A stretch of 64,000 bases of DNA from Tubiluchus corallicola. Taxonomy: Eukaryota; Animalia; Priapulida. This document shows positions 38,917 through 50,916 of the stretch, piece by piece. A model generated the notes under the pieces. It was not told where the DNA came from. It worked only from the letters and a program-made list of their open reading frames with translations, and made no database searches. The first letter of the stretch is position 1, and every line of letters starts with the position of its first letter. The stretch is taken from NCBI GenBank assembly GCA_030141605.1, contig JAQGDQ010000158.1, forward strand, positions 186,001 to 250,000, given 5' to 3'. A program made the translations under genes and the position numbers.

Positions 38917-41900
38917 TTACTGATTAGCAAAAATAGTTTGCTTCTCACGGAATGCTTGTTGTCTCTGTTTCTTCTCTTCTGCTTCCCGTTTTCGCTGCTC
39001 CTGCTCTTCCCGTATCTCAGCTTCAAATTTACCTGCCTGGCTTTGCTCGGAAATCTAATAAAGAAACATTAAGTTTGCTTAATCATGTAAACAACAAATA
39101 AACAATATCTGCTGATTACATTTTTAAATGTTTCTTTAATGTTTAAATAGATTCTAGAAGTTTAGATGTTTACTTTCTTGTACTTACTGTAAGGATATGA
39201 TAACCCAGACTTGCTCACACCTTTATTGGTTTTTTTAGTGCACAGACTCAGCAACAGTTCAAGTTATTAAGTAATTTCGTTTAACTGTATCCATTGCTAA
39301 CCAGTTATCTGTTAAGTGCTACCAAAAATAAAATATGACTTTCAACTTTCAAGACTCAGAACTCATGCTCAAAAAATTGAGAAACTTAAAATCGGCCATT
39401 AAGACCTCAAATTTACTGGTCATATGCTACATGTACATAGAAATTGTTCTGTTTTTCATATGACCGTTTACAGTCAATAAAAAGCTGCAGGCCAGGGCAA
39501 CATCTGGGACTATGCCAACTATCTGCCAGTTGATTTTGTTCATTTTGTCTTAATCAATATTTAGTTTGGCGATGAAAACTTTTGTGGCAACATTTGCCTG
39601 TCTGTATCTCCTCGATTATGTAACCACATTTAATGACAAGCTGGGATGCCACCAAGACCACTTAGCAAACATTTTTTTACTAGTTTCTTATTTGATGGCA
39701 ATGAGAGATCTAAGATTTTTCTAGGGTCTGAACAATCTCAGAATATCAGTTTTTAAGACACTGACTATCAGTTGCACTATTACTCACAACATGAAATGAA
39801 ACCTTGCAACAATCCATGCAGATTTATAATATTTCCAATAAGGAGCATTTATATGTTACTTTTTCTCAATTCCTACAGAGTCAAGGAGCGGCCTCATAAT
39901 TCTTCTGTGGGCTACTCTTGTAAAAATTCGAAGGGATGTATTACACTCACTTTTGCTTCAAAGAAATTTTTTGCACCACCAACTCCAACTTTCTCAACTT
40001 CTATTTCCACGAGGTTTGCTAGTTGGGAAAGACCACTGTCTGCAAGAAGCTCCCCTTCGGCTGCTTTACGGAAAATCAATAGAAACTGGAAAAAAATTCA
40101 ATTTTCAAAAAATCCATGCACATAAAACAAGATTCCAAAGCTACCGTCATTGGTGATAAATAAAAGTTTAGAATTGTTTTCAGAAATAAGTTTATTTTGC
40201 TGCAAAGACCAGCTTCAGAAGCCTCGTCTTTTCCACTAGTTTATATTTATATAACACTAATACTAAAATAAAATAATATAAAGAAAAACATTTTAGTCTA
40301 ATGTTTTAGTAGTAGTTTCATTACACGTGATAAGTTATTACATTACAGGTTAGCTACTTGCTCTAGCGGGTGTTACTACATGTTTTCCCAAGTGCATAGA
40401 TAATGACCTTTTTATTTAGCGACAAAGTATATGTCAAACTTTCTTGAAGGCTTAAATAAGCAACATCACAACACTACCAGTTCACTAAAAGTACTAACTT
40501 AAGCAAGGTCATATATCTTTTGGATGTCATGACCAAATAACACTACTGTCTTTTCGTCTATAACATAAAATGTTTGCTGGTCTCTCTGTCAAGCATAATA
40601 GCTTCACTTGTGAGAAAAACAAACTTAATACAGTATAATATGCTTATAATGCCGAGTTTAAAGGGACCGTCAAAATTTGCTCGCTATAACCGAGTCTCGT
40701 TATAGTCGAGGTCAATTGTCTGAGCACATGTGCTATATAGAAATGAAGACTTTAAAGCTGTCGCTTTGACGGAGTTGCTTTGATTGTAACGTCTGTTTGC
40801 TTTGACAGTTAAACGTATTTTGCATAGGTGTTGTAATCATTGAAATGCCTGCACAAGACCCAGGATGTCTGCGAGAGTGGATAACATGGCTGGCTTTTAT
40901 CTATATAGCTGTGCAGGCAAAGTGTAACTGTTGAGCATTTCAGCATTGGCCTACATCGCTTAGTAACTAAATCTACACTCGGGTTAACCAATGTGACTAT
41001 TAATGTAAGACTGCTGTATTTATTTAAAACAGTATTTTTTTAAAAATTAAACTTAGAAAACTCACAGTTTATTAAAAAAAACTCCGTTATAGTGCCTGCT
41101 TCACATTAATTTGCACCACTTTGTTCAAGGAGCTGTTAAGATTACTGTCGTCTGACAGTTTCCTAATTAGGGACGTTAACAATAACAATGCGGATCGATA
41201 ATTATCGAATATTGTATCGATGCGAAAAATTTGTTTTTTATCATCCTCGTATCGATATCATTCTAGGTATATCGTTATCATATCGATTTGGCTTATTTCG
41301 TTGCTTACCGCTTACCTTTATAAAATCGCTTCACTTTGCTTTTCAATTTACTTAGAAGAATTAAGCAAAACAGTGGATAAAAAGAGTTATTTAAAATTAT
41401 AAGCTTGTCAGATGCATGCAGTTGTACTTTTGCTTTGCAATAGCGGTTATCTTTATTCTGATTCTGAATCATACAGACTCACGGATGCTGAATACAGTGT
41501 ACCGTATTTTTGGTGTCATCGTCCCGGACATGTGTAATTGTGCAGCTCGCATAGATAAATCTTTGTATCATAGTAATCTATGTATCTATCGCAGCTTATT
41601 TATTTATGAATCATTATAACAATGGAGCAGAAAATTTTGTGGTAGTCACGTAATGATTACATAAATGGTTTAATTATTAGAGGTACTTTTTCTGTGGTTG
41701 CATAAATTTTCAGTATCATTTTTATTGCTCGAAATAATTTATCGTATCGTATCATCTAAAAAGTGGATTATCGTTATCGTATCGCCAAATTTGTATCATT
41801 TAACATCTTTATTCCTAACGTGTTGATAAACTGGTTGTTTTGTCTGTCTGAATCATTGTGCTGGCTTCATTGTGACTGTAGTGTGCAACAACAGGGTTTG

Positions 41901-43850
41901 TAAGTGCAGCTGTTGAGCTAACTCACCAGCATGTCTGCATGATTGTGCTGTACTTCATATACATAATATTGTTTTATAAGTACGATCAGTAAAGTAACTG
42001 CCATAGTGCGCCGAGATCTTTTTGCACTTGGCGAACGATGCCTATTTGCCCATTGTTTTAGAAGTCGTTCTCGTTATATGCAGGGTAAATACAATCATTG
42101 GGCCGGAAAATTACGTAATAAGCACGATCTTGTACTATCGGAGCTCGCTTCAAGCAAGGTATAAATATACTATTTAAGTCTAAGATTTGGCGGGACTTTG
42201 AAGTTTCCTTGTAATAACCTTGTTATATAACAGGCCTCGTCATAAGTGGATTATACTGTAATCTAAATCCACTTATTCCACACATTCGAGATTTCCGATA
42301 GCTACAAAGACTTTGCTGGCATTCATATTCTTTAGCTCTACCTCTCTAAAGCTGATTTTATCATCCTTGTCTTCATCAACCATTCTGATCATTTCTTTAA
42401 GAGCAAGGTGTGTTTGAGGTGCTCCAAGCTTCTCCATCATCCTTTTCAGTTCTTCAAAGCAGATGAACTTGTCACGATTGTCATCATAGCTGCAAGCAAT
42501 GTTATAATAAATACTGGGACAAGAAAAACTTCATGTGTACTATAACCTACCTTGTTCGATACAAAGAAACAATGATGTAATGAAGTTCTTGCTTCTTCAT
42601 TTAAAATCACTTTACATAAATTTTTGACACATTAACATTGCAATTCCTATCCATATCAGTTCAGAGTCTTAAAGGAAAACTGGACACAATCTTAAACTGA
42701 TGCTCAAATTAATCCACCCTACAAAATATTGAAAGGGAACATACTTTTTTTCAAGATGGCTTACATGAAAGAATTATTACCACAGAAAAGCAATTTCGTG
42801 TTTGCGCGATTAGTTCTTGCTACTTAGATGGGCACTAGCGATTACATGTCAGAAATGTTTTGTACAAAAAACAAGTGCTATACCTCTCACTTCGGAGGGA
42901 TTTAGTTGCAAGGTGGCATTCGAGAACTCATGCGCAAGCACAACTGAAAACTTCAATTTTAAAGGTAAAATTTGCAGAGTTTTTGTATTTCACACTGAAT
43001 GTTGTACAGCAGCAATGTACTTCAATTTTCACTTTTGCAACCACAAGTGAACACGCTTATGATATCTTTGGCAAGCGAAGTTTCTAAATGAAGTTTTGGC
43101 AACCTTAATTCCATTTTCATGAAATTTTGCTCAAGCACCCCATTTACTGGCAAATATCTAGTTTAAACTCGCTGAAAAAATCGACACACTCAAACTTGGC
43201 GAGAAATCATGTGTCAGTTTTATAAACTGTCTAATCTAAACCAAATGAACCATGCTTAATCTAAAGTTTGATGGATTCCTCTGCGAGATACCAAATGTTT
43301 GAAGGGCAGTGGTAGTTTTAGTATCACAAAATTGGAAGTTAAAGTTCAGAAATAATTGCAGTTTTTGTAATTTAATGCAACTATATTTGAATTTAATTTA
43401 TTTATTATTCCAAAACAAAAGCTATGATAAATTATTGCACATCTTAGAATTCAAATATTACAAGAACTAACTAAGATATGACAACAGATACTCTGTAATT
43501 AGCATCATAATGCCAGCTCCAAGCATGCATAGTAATAATAGTATAATCCTGTACCACTGAGTGGCCACTATGTTGCTCGTTGGAATTACTTATATAACTT
43601 AAAAATTGAAGTTTTCAATTTTGTCATTTAAAAAAGTAGCAACTAGGGCACTAAGGATTTGACTTTACGGGCCAAATGTTAAACAATCATACGTTTTAAA
43701 CATTGCCTCATATTCTTTGATCTGCTTTCGTGAAAATTCTTTGAACTCTGTATACACATTGCACACTTTACTTGTGGGATTTGACTCCTCTTCTCCCTCG
43801 TTAATTTTCTCCCGACGAGCTAGTTTAGAGGCTAGTTCATCAGTTGCCAT
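38917..43850 (-). CDS. EFHD2: EF-hand domain-containing protein D2 / swiprosin-1 homologue, 192 aa
   Basis: Exons 43693-43850, 42342-42489, 39951-40085, 38917-39054 (579 nt, phases 2,0,0). Sequence includes ELASKLARR, VYTEFKEFSRKQIKEYEAMFK, EF-hands DDNRDKFICFEELKRMMEKLGAPQTHLALKEMI..VDEDKDDKISFREFLLIFRKAA, GVGGAKNFFEAK and coiled coil KFEAEIREEQEQRKREAEEKKQRQQAFREK. Confidence 0.95.
40631..42258. mobile_element. Tc1/mariner (pogo/Tigger-like) non-autonomous element in EFHD2 intron 2
   Basis: TA|CAGTATAATATGCTTATAA ... CATAAGTGGATTATACTG|TA: TIRs flanked by TA. Confidence 0.75.
41168..41811. mobile_element. hAT-type MITE nested in the Tc1/mariner element
   Basis: Starts TAGGGACGTTAAC, ends TTAACATCTTTA; 8-bp TSD TTCCTAAT (41160-41167) / TTCCTAAC (41812-41819); TATCG subterminal repeats at both ends. 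Confidence 0.75.
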
Positions 43851-44219
43851 AGTCTAATCAAATAAAATCACAGTCAACAAAAAAATATAATGTAGCCAAA
43901 TGAATACTATAGACACGACGACCAATTTGGACAGGTACTTGTCAGGAAGAAACTTAAAGGAAGCACTAATGAACACCACCTTTGAAACAGGAAGTATTCA
44001 CTTTATGGATTTGCGCGACTGCACATATTCGCAGCTCATGCACAAAATTTACCCTGGAGCACGAAAGTAAATTACCTACGCCTTAACTATATAATTAATT
44101 TCGGTGGTATACCTTATAATTACTATTAGGGGTGAGCATCGAACGTTCAAGTTGGGCACGTTAGGAAAAAATAAGTATGCCACATGACGTCACTATGCTA
44201 CGTAAATCAGGGAAAAAAG

Positions 44220-44645
44220 GCAATGTTAAATTATGACCCAAAAAACTTTCTGTACAAATCTACATCACTTAGCATTTCACTTACCTGCTGGAAAGACTTA
44301 TGTAATTACACCAATAATTTAAAATGTTTGTGCCACTTGGTAAAATGTCGCTAACTCACCCTTCAGACCGCGCCACTCCCTAGCCAAAAACATATTTTTA
44401 ATCTCATTGACAAGATACAGTAATTAAAATTTTACTTAATTAGCAACATGTATGCTACGAATGCTCTGATTATTTTTTCCAACTTTACTTAATGTTATCA
44501 AAACTTGTTTCAAATGACCTATCATTAAAATGGCAGGACGGTTATCGTGGGAGTTTCGACGTTTTATACAGCATAACGGCCAATGCAAGCCATGCATACG
44601 AAAAGCTGGTATGCAAGTGGTATAATATTTTGAGACGAATTTTTA
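44220..44645 (+). mobile_element. Old interspersed repeat, copy 3, about 370 bp upstream of the EFHD2 ATG
   Basis: CAAAAACATATTTTTAATCTC..CAAGATACAG..TGCTACGAATGCTCTGATTAT..GTTTTATACAGC..GAGACGAAT matches 6680-7290 but has a single copy of the 71-bp unit. Confidence 0.7.
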
Positions 44646-44699
44646 AGCTTTATGTAAGTGGAGGGTTTTCTTGTGCTTCAATGGTAATACACTTTGATC

Positions 44700-44935
44700 G
44701 CAATGTGGTGTGGTGGGTGTAGCATGGGTTGTTGTTGTGGCGGATGGTACTCGTGGCATAGTGTGCTGTGCATGGATGGTGTTGTGAGATGGCATGGTAT
44801 GATGGATGTGATATGGTGTGATTGTGTAGCATTTTGTGAGTTGATAGTGCAAGTAGCATTGTGTGGCATGATGTAGGTGGCTTGGTGTGGTGGGTGATGT
44901 TGTGTGGTGCATATAGTGTGAGTTGTCACGGTTGG
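44700..44935. repeat. Low-complexity G/T-rich (GTG/ATG) tract
   Basis: Degenerate TGTGG/TGATG repeats. Confidence 0.7.
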
Positions 44936-45043
44936 CTTATGTATGCAAGACATTAATTTCGATTGTACGGGGCCTAATATAATTATAATAGGCAAGTTTG
45001 AAGGTGAATACCACATAACTCTTAAAACAGATGGACAGCACAG

Positions 45044-45345
45044 CCACTAGTGTAGGATCCATGCAAATGTCTAATACACCTCATAGATGAGACAGAAAGA
45101 GCTTGATGACATGGTAGCTCATTGACGTCATCATTATGGTGACAGAGTCTATTGATTGGGTGCCATGTGTGTTTTTCTCTGAGAAGGAATGCGGCAGGTT
45201 GCAAGTTTGTCTCAACCCAAAGGATCTGAACAAGGGAATCATGAGGATCCATCCAATATGTACACCTTCACTTAAAGAAGTGAAGCATAAGTTCAAAAAA
45301 TATCTTTCACCAAGTTAGATGCCCGCCATTGATACCAGGCATTTT
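45044..45345 (+). mobile_element. Degenerate Ty3/gypsy LTR-retrotransposon reverse transcriptase fragment
   Basis: VTESIDWVPCVFFSEKECGRLQVCLNPKDLNKGIMR..TPSLKEVKHKF..FTKLDARH matches the gypsy RT start pattern (W.SP.V.V.K..G.LR.CLDP..LNK.I......PT..E.......FSKLDA); frameshifts and stops present. Confidence 0.8.
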
Positions 45346-45360
45346 TAGTAGTCAGGATAC

Positions 45361-45595
45361 ACTGTGTTCACAGTCTGTCCTCACTGTCCTCACAGCCAGT
45401 CCTTACAGTCCCCACTGACCTTACTGCCCTCATTGCCCTCACAGTCCTCACTGTCCCCGCACTCTGTCCTCACAGCCCCCACTATCCTCATAGTCTGTCC
45501 TCATATGCTGTCTGTCATCACAGTTCTCACTGTCCTCTTAGTCTGTCCTCACCGTCCACACTGCCCTCAGTGTCCTCACAGTCCCCACTGTCCTT
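45361..45595. repeat. Diverged CTCACTGTC/CTCACAGTC tandem repeat
   Basis: Recurring about 9-bp GTCCTCAC(A/T) units. Confidence 0.75.
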
Positions 45596-47124
45596 AGTGA
45601 AGAAACACCATTCCCCAATTCGCAAAAAAAAATTGATTGATCAAAAACACACTCACAATGGTTCCCAAGAACAGGATTAAACAGTACCGTACTACAAGAG
45701 AAATGGCAGCTATGAGCATGTTACAGAGGCTAACGTTAATGTAATATGTACTATATTTCCTAAAATGAATGCAAAAGTGTGCTGACAAATCATTATTATT
45801 TGCTGCACTATATTGCACTTTTTCCTTTTATTAATAGAAGACGCTAATAACAGATTAGGCCAGATATTGCCGATGCTGAATTTCGAATTAGATCGAGTTA
45901 CTGTGTTCGAGTTCAATTTGCAAGTCAGTATTTTGATAGGGGTTAGATTTACAACATCAAAGTATTACAGAACTACATATTATGATACCTTTACTACAGA
46001 TATCTAGGTCTCGCCAGTGTTTATAATCACATATGTGATATCTCTTAAGTTCATATGTGTGCTACATTACTATGTTCCGAAATATATATTTTGATGTTCT
46101 AAAAAAATGACTGAATTTAAGCTCCTCGGTCACCATAATTCTTTGTAAAAGATGGGAAATGTCATGATACTACTATTAATTTTAATTAATTGTACACTAA
46201 CACAGTCATTGTTCGAAAAGCAGTTCCTGGGACTGTAGAATACTGCCGTTCATAGGTTCAATGATGCACAGATTTAGTCAATACGAAACTTAGTCTAGAT
46301 TTATGCTGATCTGGCTTTGACTTATGCTTGTCCGAAGCAATAATAACGATGTCCATAAACAAATTCACCCTGAAATTTCGGATTGCAGATTTCAGTTATA
46401 TTCAATATTCTCTTTTTGCTCTCGCCCATCATAAAATCGTGAATTTAGATCAAACTTTCCACAGTCTGACTCTTCTTTCGTGTATCGATTCATGCGAATA
46501 AAATTTAATCCGATTAATAGCTTTATTTTTTTGCTACGGTGTATTGGACTTTGAAAATCGGAGTGGCAGATGTTAGGACTTAGGCGATGTGATGCGTTAT
46601 TCCAAAGCATGTTGTTACTATATACCATGGTACTCTCTAGTTTTAGACTAACCAGGACGGAAACGTTCAGCCTCTCACCCTTTGGTCTCTGGGTAGAACT
46701 TTTCCACAGAGAGCCGTCAAAAGGCAACCATTCAGCTATTTCATAGAAACATGATTTAAACATCGCTGTTGTCTGTTGGCAGAGTTTTAAGTTTAGCACC
46801 ATTTTTTGGCATTAGCTTTACAGCATTTGTTTTTTTAACACAAATTATTAAAATGAAATTCTACATTTCCTATCTTGTACGACGTTGCTGTTTCTATTTT
46901 TAAGATTCGCAACATTTGCCTTTACACGCATTATTGCTAGCACTAGCAGGTTTGCCAATTATCGCGCGTTAGGCATGTGTCACGCGCATTTTAAGTCTTT
47001 CACAAGTCCTTCGCAAACACGCCAAATTTCAGTTCTCGCTCATTCTGCAACTTCACATGCAAATTTGCAACTCACCTGGCTTCCCTTAATATCAGTACCA
47101 ACCCAATTAATGCAATAAGTAGTA

Positions 47125-48652
47125 CAGTAGGTGCCGTTTATTAGACACATGTAGGGCCTCTGATATTCCGCGATCACGGAAAATGGACAGAATTCATGGA
47201 AATAGGCAACTAAAATGAAAATAGCTACTTAAATCGGAAATGGCCCGATTCGAAGTAAATTTAATGTGTACTAGAGATGAAATTACTTCATTTTTACTTT
47301 CCCGCAAATTCAAGTAGTTTTGCCAGGTTTTTGAAGGTCTTGCTAGAAGCTTTCCCTCGATATTTACTTTTAATGTAACTTGCACAACCACTAAGTCTCT
47401 TCTCCATTTGTTTTTGCATTTGCCATGAAAAATACGGAAATCCTTAGCTTGAGCTTTTAGCGATTAGAAAGCAAACACTTGCGTGAAAAGGTTTTGCACT
47501 TGCAAATAGCACATGGCCACAGCTTCGAAGTTCTATAATTATATTTATTTTTAAAACTCATTTGAATTTTATTGCTTTAACTAGTGAAGTCTATTTAGTT
47601 GTTTTAACATGGGCAATGAAGGTGGTGTGGTATGAAAGAAAACAAAACTATCTGTGCCAGTTGTGCGTGTTACAGCTGGGAAAATACTATACTATGTTAT
47701 ACTATAGTGGCGATGTAGAAGACGGGTTCCGTGCAAAATAAATGTTTAAAAATGCAAATAAACGTTGGTGTTCTTATGTACATGTAAAGCCATAAAAATA
47801 TCTGATATACTATATGCTTAATTCATATTAATTTTTTATTTACAATCTACCACATATAACATAATTTGGCCACAAATATTAACTGTAAGGGCATCCTAAC
47901 TTCAAATTTCTGTGAAGCGAAATTGACAATTCTTTGAAACGGAATGTGGTCAATTTTGAAACGGAAAATCGGAGGCCCTACACATGGTTAATAGAATCAG
48001 TTGTTTAATTGATTCAAAAACATCTGGCACGGACCACTCCTATTCAAATATATATAAAAATGACACATTAACTCAATTTTTTGCTTTAGGTACATAAAAT
48101 AAGACACTTGTGTGTAATCAAAGAACTTTTACTACCTTTAACTCATTCTCTAATTTGCTTTTCTGCACTATACTATCTTGTAGAAACAATCTTGTTAAGT
48201 ACAGTTTTGTTTGAAAGCAGTTATGTTTATTGTGCACTAGCCAGCAGTATTGCTTTGAATCTGTCAAAGGCTTCGTCCACTGCAATTAACTTTGTTACCT
48301 AAGAATTTATGGAAGCTTCTCAGGTTAAACATGTAATCACGTGCCTAGCTGTTTGTTTTTTAAATGTTTGCTGCTTTTCGCAGAATGTTTAATCAGTTAA
48401 CTGTGCTGCTATGACAGTACTTTTTGCGATTCTATATGCGTAAACATCATGGAGCAACTAAGAGCATAGAGTTAATTTTGAAAAATACAGTAGAACGTAA
48501 GCATAAAAACCTAACATTTAAGCTCTTGCTTACTGAGTTGAAGAGTGGCGACTCGTACTTCTATACTGGTATTCGTCATCTAATAGTTTCAGTCTGTTAA
48601 TTGGGTCGAAACACATCCATCCCTAAGTGAGTCTATTAAGCTGCACCTACTG
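47125..48652. mobile_element. Tc1/mariner-type non-autonomous element
   Basis: TA|CAGTAGGTGCCGTTTATTAGAC ... GTCTATTAAGCTGCACCTACTG|TA. Confidence 0.78.
47152..47980. mobile_element. hAT-like MITE nested just inside the left TIR of the Tc1/mariner element
   Basis: TIRs TAGGGCCTCTGATATTCCG / CGGAAAATCGGAGGCCCTA; flanking direct repeat CACATG (47146-47151, 47981-47986). Confidence 0.8.
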
Positions 48653-49893
48653 TACTACTCTCAATAATACACATCATCATCATCATCGATAATCATGAGT
48701 CTCATGATGTATTACTATACTAAAGGGTATTACAACTACTGAAAAGTAAGCACTTTGGGGTGCTGTTGAGTGTTGAGCTTTTTCCAAGAGTACAAAGAAT
48801 TATGTAATTATATATAAAGCATTTATGAACTGCAATAACAGCATAAGAAGACTTAGTAGTACCTAAAAATTCTCTTAATTTTTTGTAAATTTGATTTTCA
48901 TATCCAAAAAAGCAAAATTTGTCCAGCATAATTTTCCCCCTGGACCTTGCCATTGTTTAGAGGATGCTCTAGCTTTCTATGTTTTACACTCATTTTTGCA
49001 TCAAATTTTTGCCAAGTTTGTGTTAGGCCTACATGTATAGAAGTCCAATTTGTTTAAATTAACCTGAATTTTTATGTAATGCCTGCAAAAGTGCATTTAA
49101 AAAAAATGGACCCATATAAAAACAACCACCATCTTATTCGCCTGTGCCTATTTGCTCATTTTAGGCACATTCTGAACATTGGTTGCCCAAGTATGTGGAA
49201 ATGGTAGACTACCGAAAAATTTTTTAAGTTGGTTACTTCAGAATCTGAAAACTGTTTTCTCTATGGTTTCAAATAAAAACAAAAATTGGCATTAGTCAGT
49301 GTTTGCTAGGATGTCGGATAGTTGTAGTTTTTAAATTTTTTGACATCTGTGAGGAAAACGTCTTTAATTTTGTTGCTGGTGTATAACTCATTAAATTTTG
49401 AGCACTTTTTAATACATTACAGACAATTGCTGTTATGTTTGCCATTTTGCTTGAGCTGAAAAATTCTCTTCTTGTAAAGGGAAAAAAAGAGTCGTGTTTA
49501 GCTCTTCAAAAGTAATGCAGAGTTGTGTGACATGCAAATTTTTCATTGCATGGCATTTTTATATACTGGTATAAGCAGAAATTTTACAGATTGTTTTATA
49601 GTTACAACCAGGGTGTAACAAAGTAGCCAAGACCAAAAGTTAAAATTTTAATAAAATTGGTTGCCATTTGGTACCATGGCAGGCATTACCAATGAAAATG
49701 TCCATGAATTATGGTGTTAAAAACGCTAGGGCATTTTTACTGTTTGTTTTGTGATAGAAAGTAGATGTACCTGGTAAACATCTTTTATAAAGTCTACAAA
49801 CATAAGATGGCAGTAATTATTATCGTAAATAAAAACTAAATGTGCAAATATGTTGTGCTAGTAGGATGGTTAAGTTGTCATGGTGTATATCTG

Positions 49894-50029
49894 CGCTGTA
49901 CACTATTGTACACTGTTACGCTGTACACTATTGTACACTGTTACGCTGTACACTATTGTACACTGTTACGCTGTACACTATTGTACACTGTTACGCTGTA
50001 CACTATTGTTCACTGTTACGCTGTACACT
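49894..50029. repeat. 25-bp minisatellite, about 5.4 copies
   Basis: CGCTGTACACTATTGTACACTGTTA repeated near-perfectly. Confidence 0.95.
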
Positions 50030-50313
50030 CAATGCTGAGGAGTCTTCAGTCTTGTTAGTAAATGACCATGGAGGAAACTACTTCTTCTTCTGATTCTATA
50101 AGCATACTTAGTGGTTTATGTTTTTAGTTTTTCTGTTGAGTCACAAATACGCAAATTACTCAGTTAATGAAACTAATCTATCATTTACAATTTAAGTATA
50201 AGTTTACATGTGTGGTGCAAATTGTAAAGTTCAATGATATACTTTTTAGGTTACTCTGCCATGGATAATTCTAAAGATTAATTATCTCTGAGTCAAACTT
50301 TTTGGAACTTCCA

Positions 50314-50916
50314 ATGACCACATCATTAGCAAAGATGAAAACAACTGAAGAGCCATTGAAAGGCCATGAAAATCTGCCAAATAGCGCAATGAATTCGTCA
50401 TTTGTTATGACAGAGTTTATGGATAGAGTAATTGGAAATAAGAAACATTCAACTGGTGTTATGGTACAATCATTTGGTGGAATACCACAGCAGATAAAAA
50501 GTAGAGAGGAACTTGTAATACAGTCAGCAATGGAAAGTTGCACATTTAAAACTGGTATCAGTTGTGTCCTTGGATTTGCACTCGGAGGAGCATTTGGACT
50601 ATTCACTGCGGGATTAGATCCTAATATAACAGGTGATGGCGAGACGGCAAGATCAATGACTGCTCGAGAGGTTGTGCGTGAGATGGGTAAGCGCGGCATG
50701 TCATATGCAAAAAACTTTGCTATGATTGGTTGCATGTTCGCAGGTGCCGAATGCATAATTGAGTCGCATCGTGCTTGTAGTGACTGGAAGAACGGCACAT
50801 TGGCAGGTGCTGTAACAGGTGGGGTAATCGGGCTGAGAGCAGGCGTGAAGCCAGGTATACTAGGCGCGGCTGGTTTTGCTGCATTTTCTACCGTAATTGA
50901 CTACTTCCTTCGATGA
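50314..50916 (+). CDS. TIMM22: Mitochondrial import inner membrane translocase subunit Tim22 (intronless CDS, about 200 aa)
   Basis: Tim17/22/23 family motifs AMESCTFKTGISCVLGFALGGAFGLFTAG, TAREVVREMGKRGMSYAKNFAMIGCMFAGAECIIESHR..SDWKN..GAVTGGVIGLRAGVKPGILGAAGFAAFSTVIDYFLR. First in-frame ATG is 50314; a downstream ATG could be the real start. AATAAA near 51028. Confidence 0.95.
   Translation: MTTSLAKMKTTEEPLKGHENLPNSAMNSSFVMTEFMDRVIGNKKHSTGVMVQSFGGIPQQIKSREELVIQSAMESCTFKTGISCVLGFALGGAFGLFTAGLDPNITGDGETARSMTAREVVREMGKRGMSYAKNFAMIGCMFAGAECIIESHRACSDWKNGTLAGAVTGGVIGLRAGVKPGILGAAGFAAFSTVIDYFLR

Noticed and set aside
44643-45016. His/Thr/Pro-rich overlapping ORFs
   Set aside because: Products of a low-complexity GTG/ATG tract.
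50271-50798. 175-aa antisense ORF
   Set aside because: Shadow ORF opposite the TIMM22 CDS, with no independent evidence.
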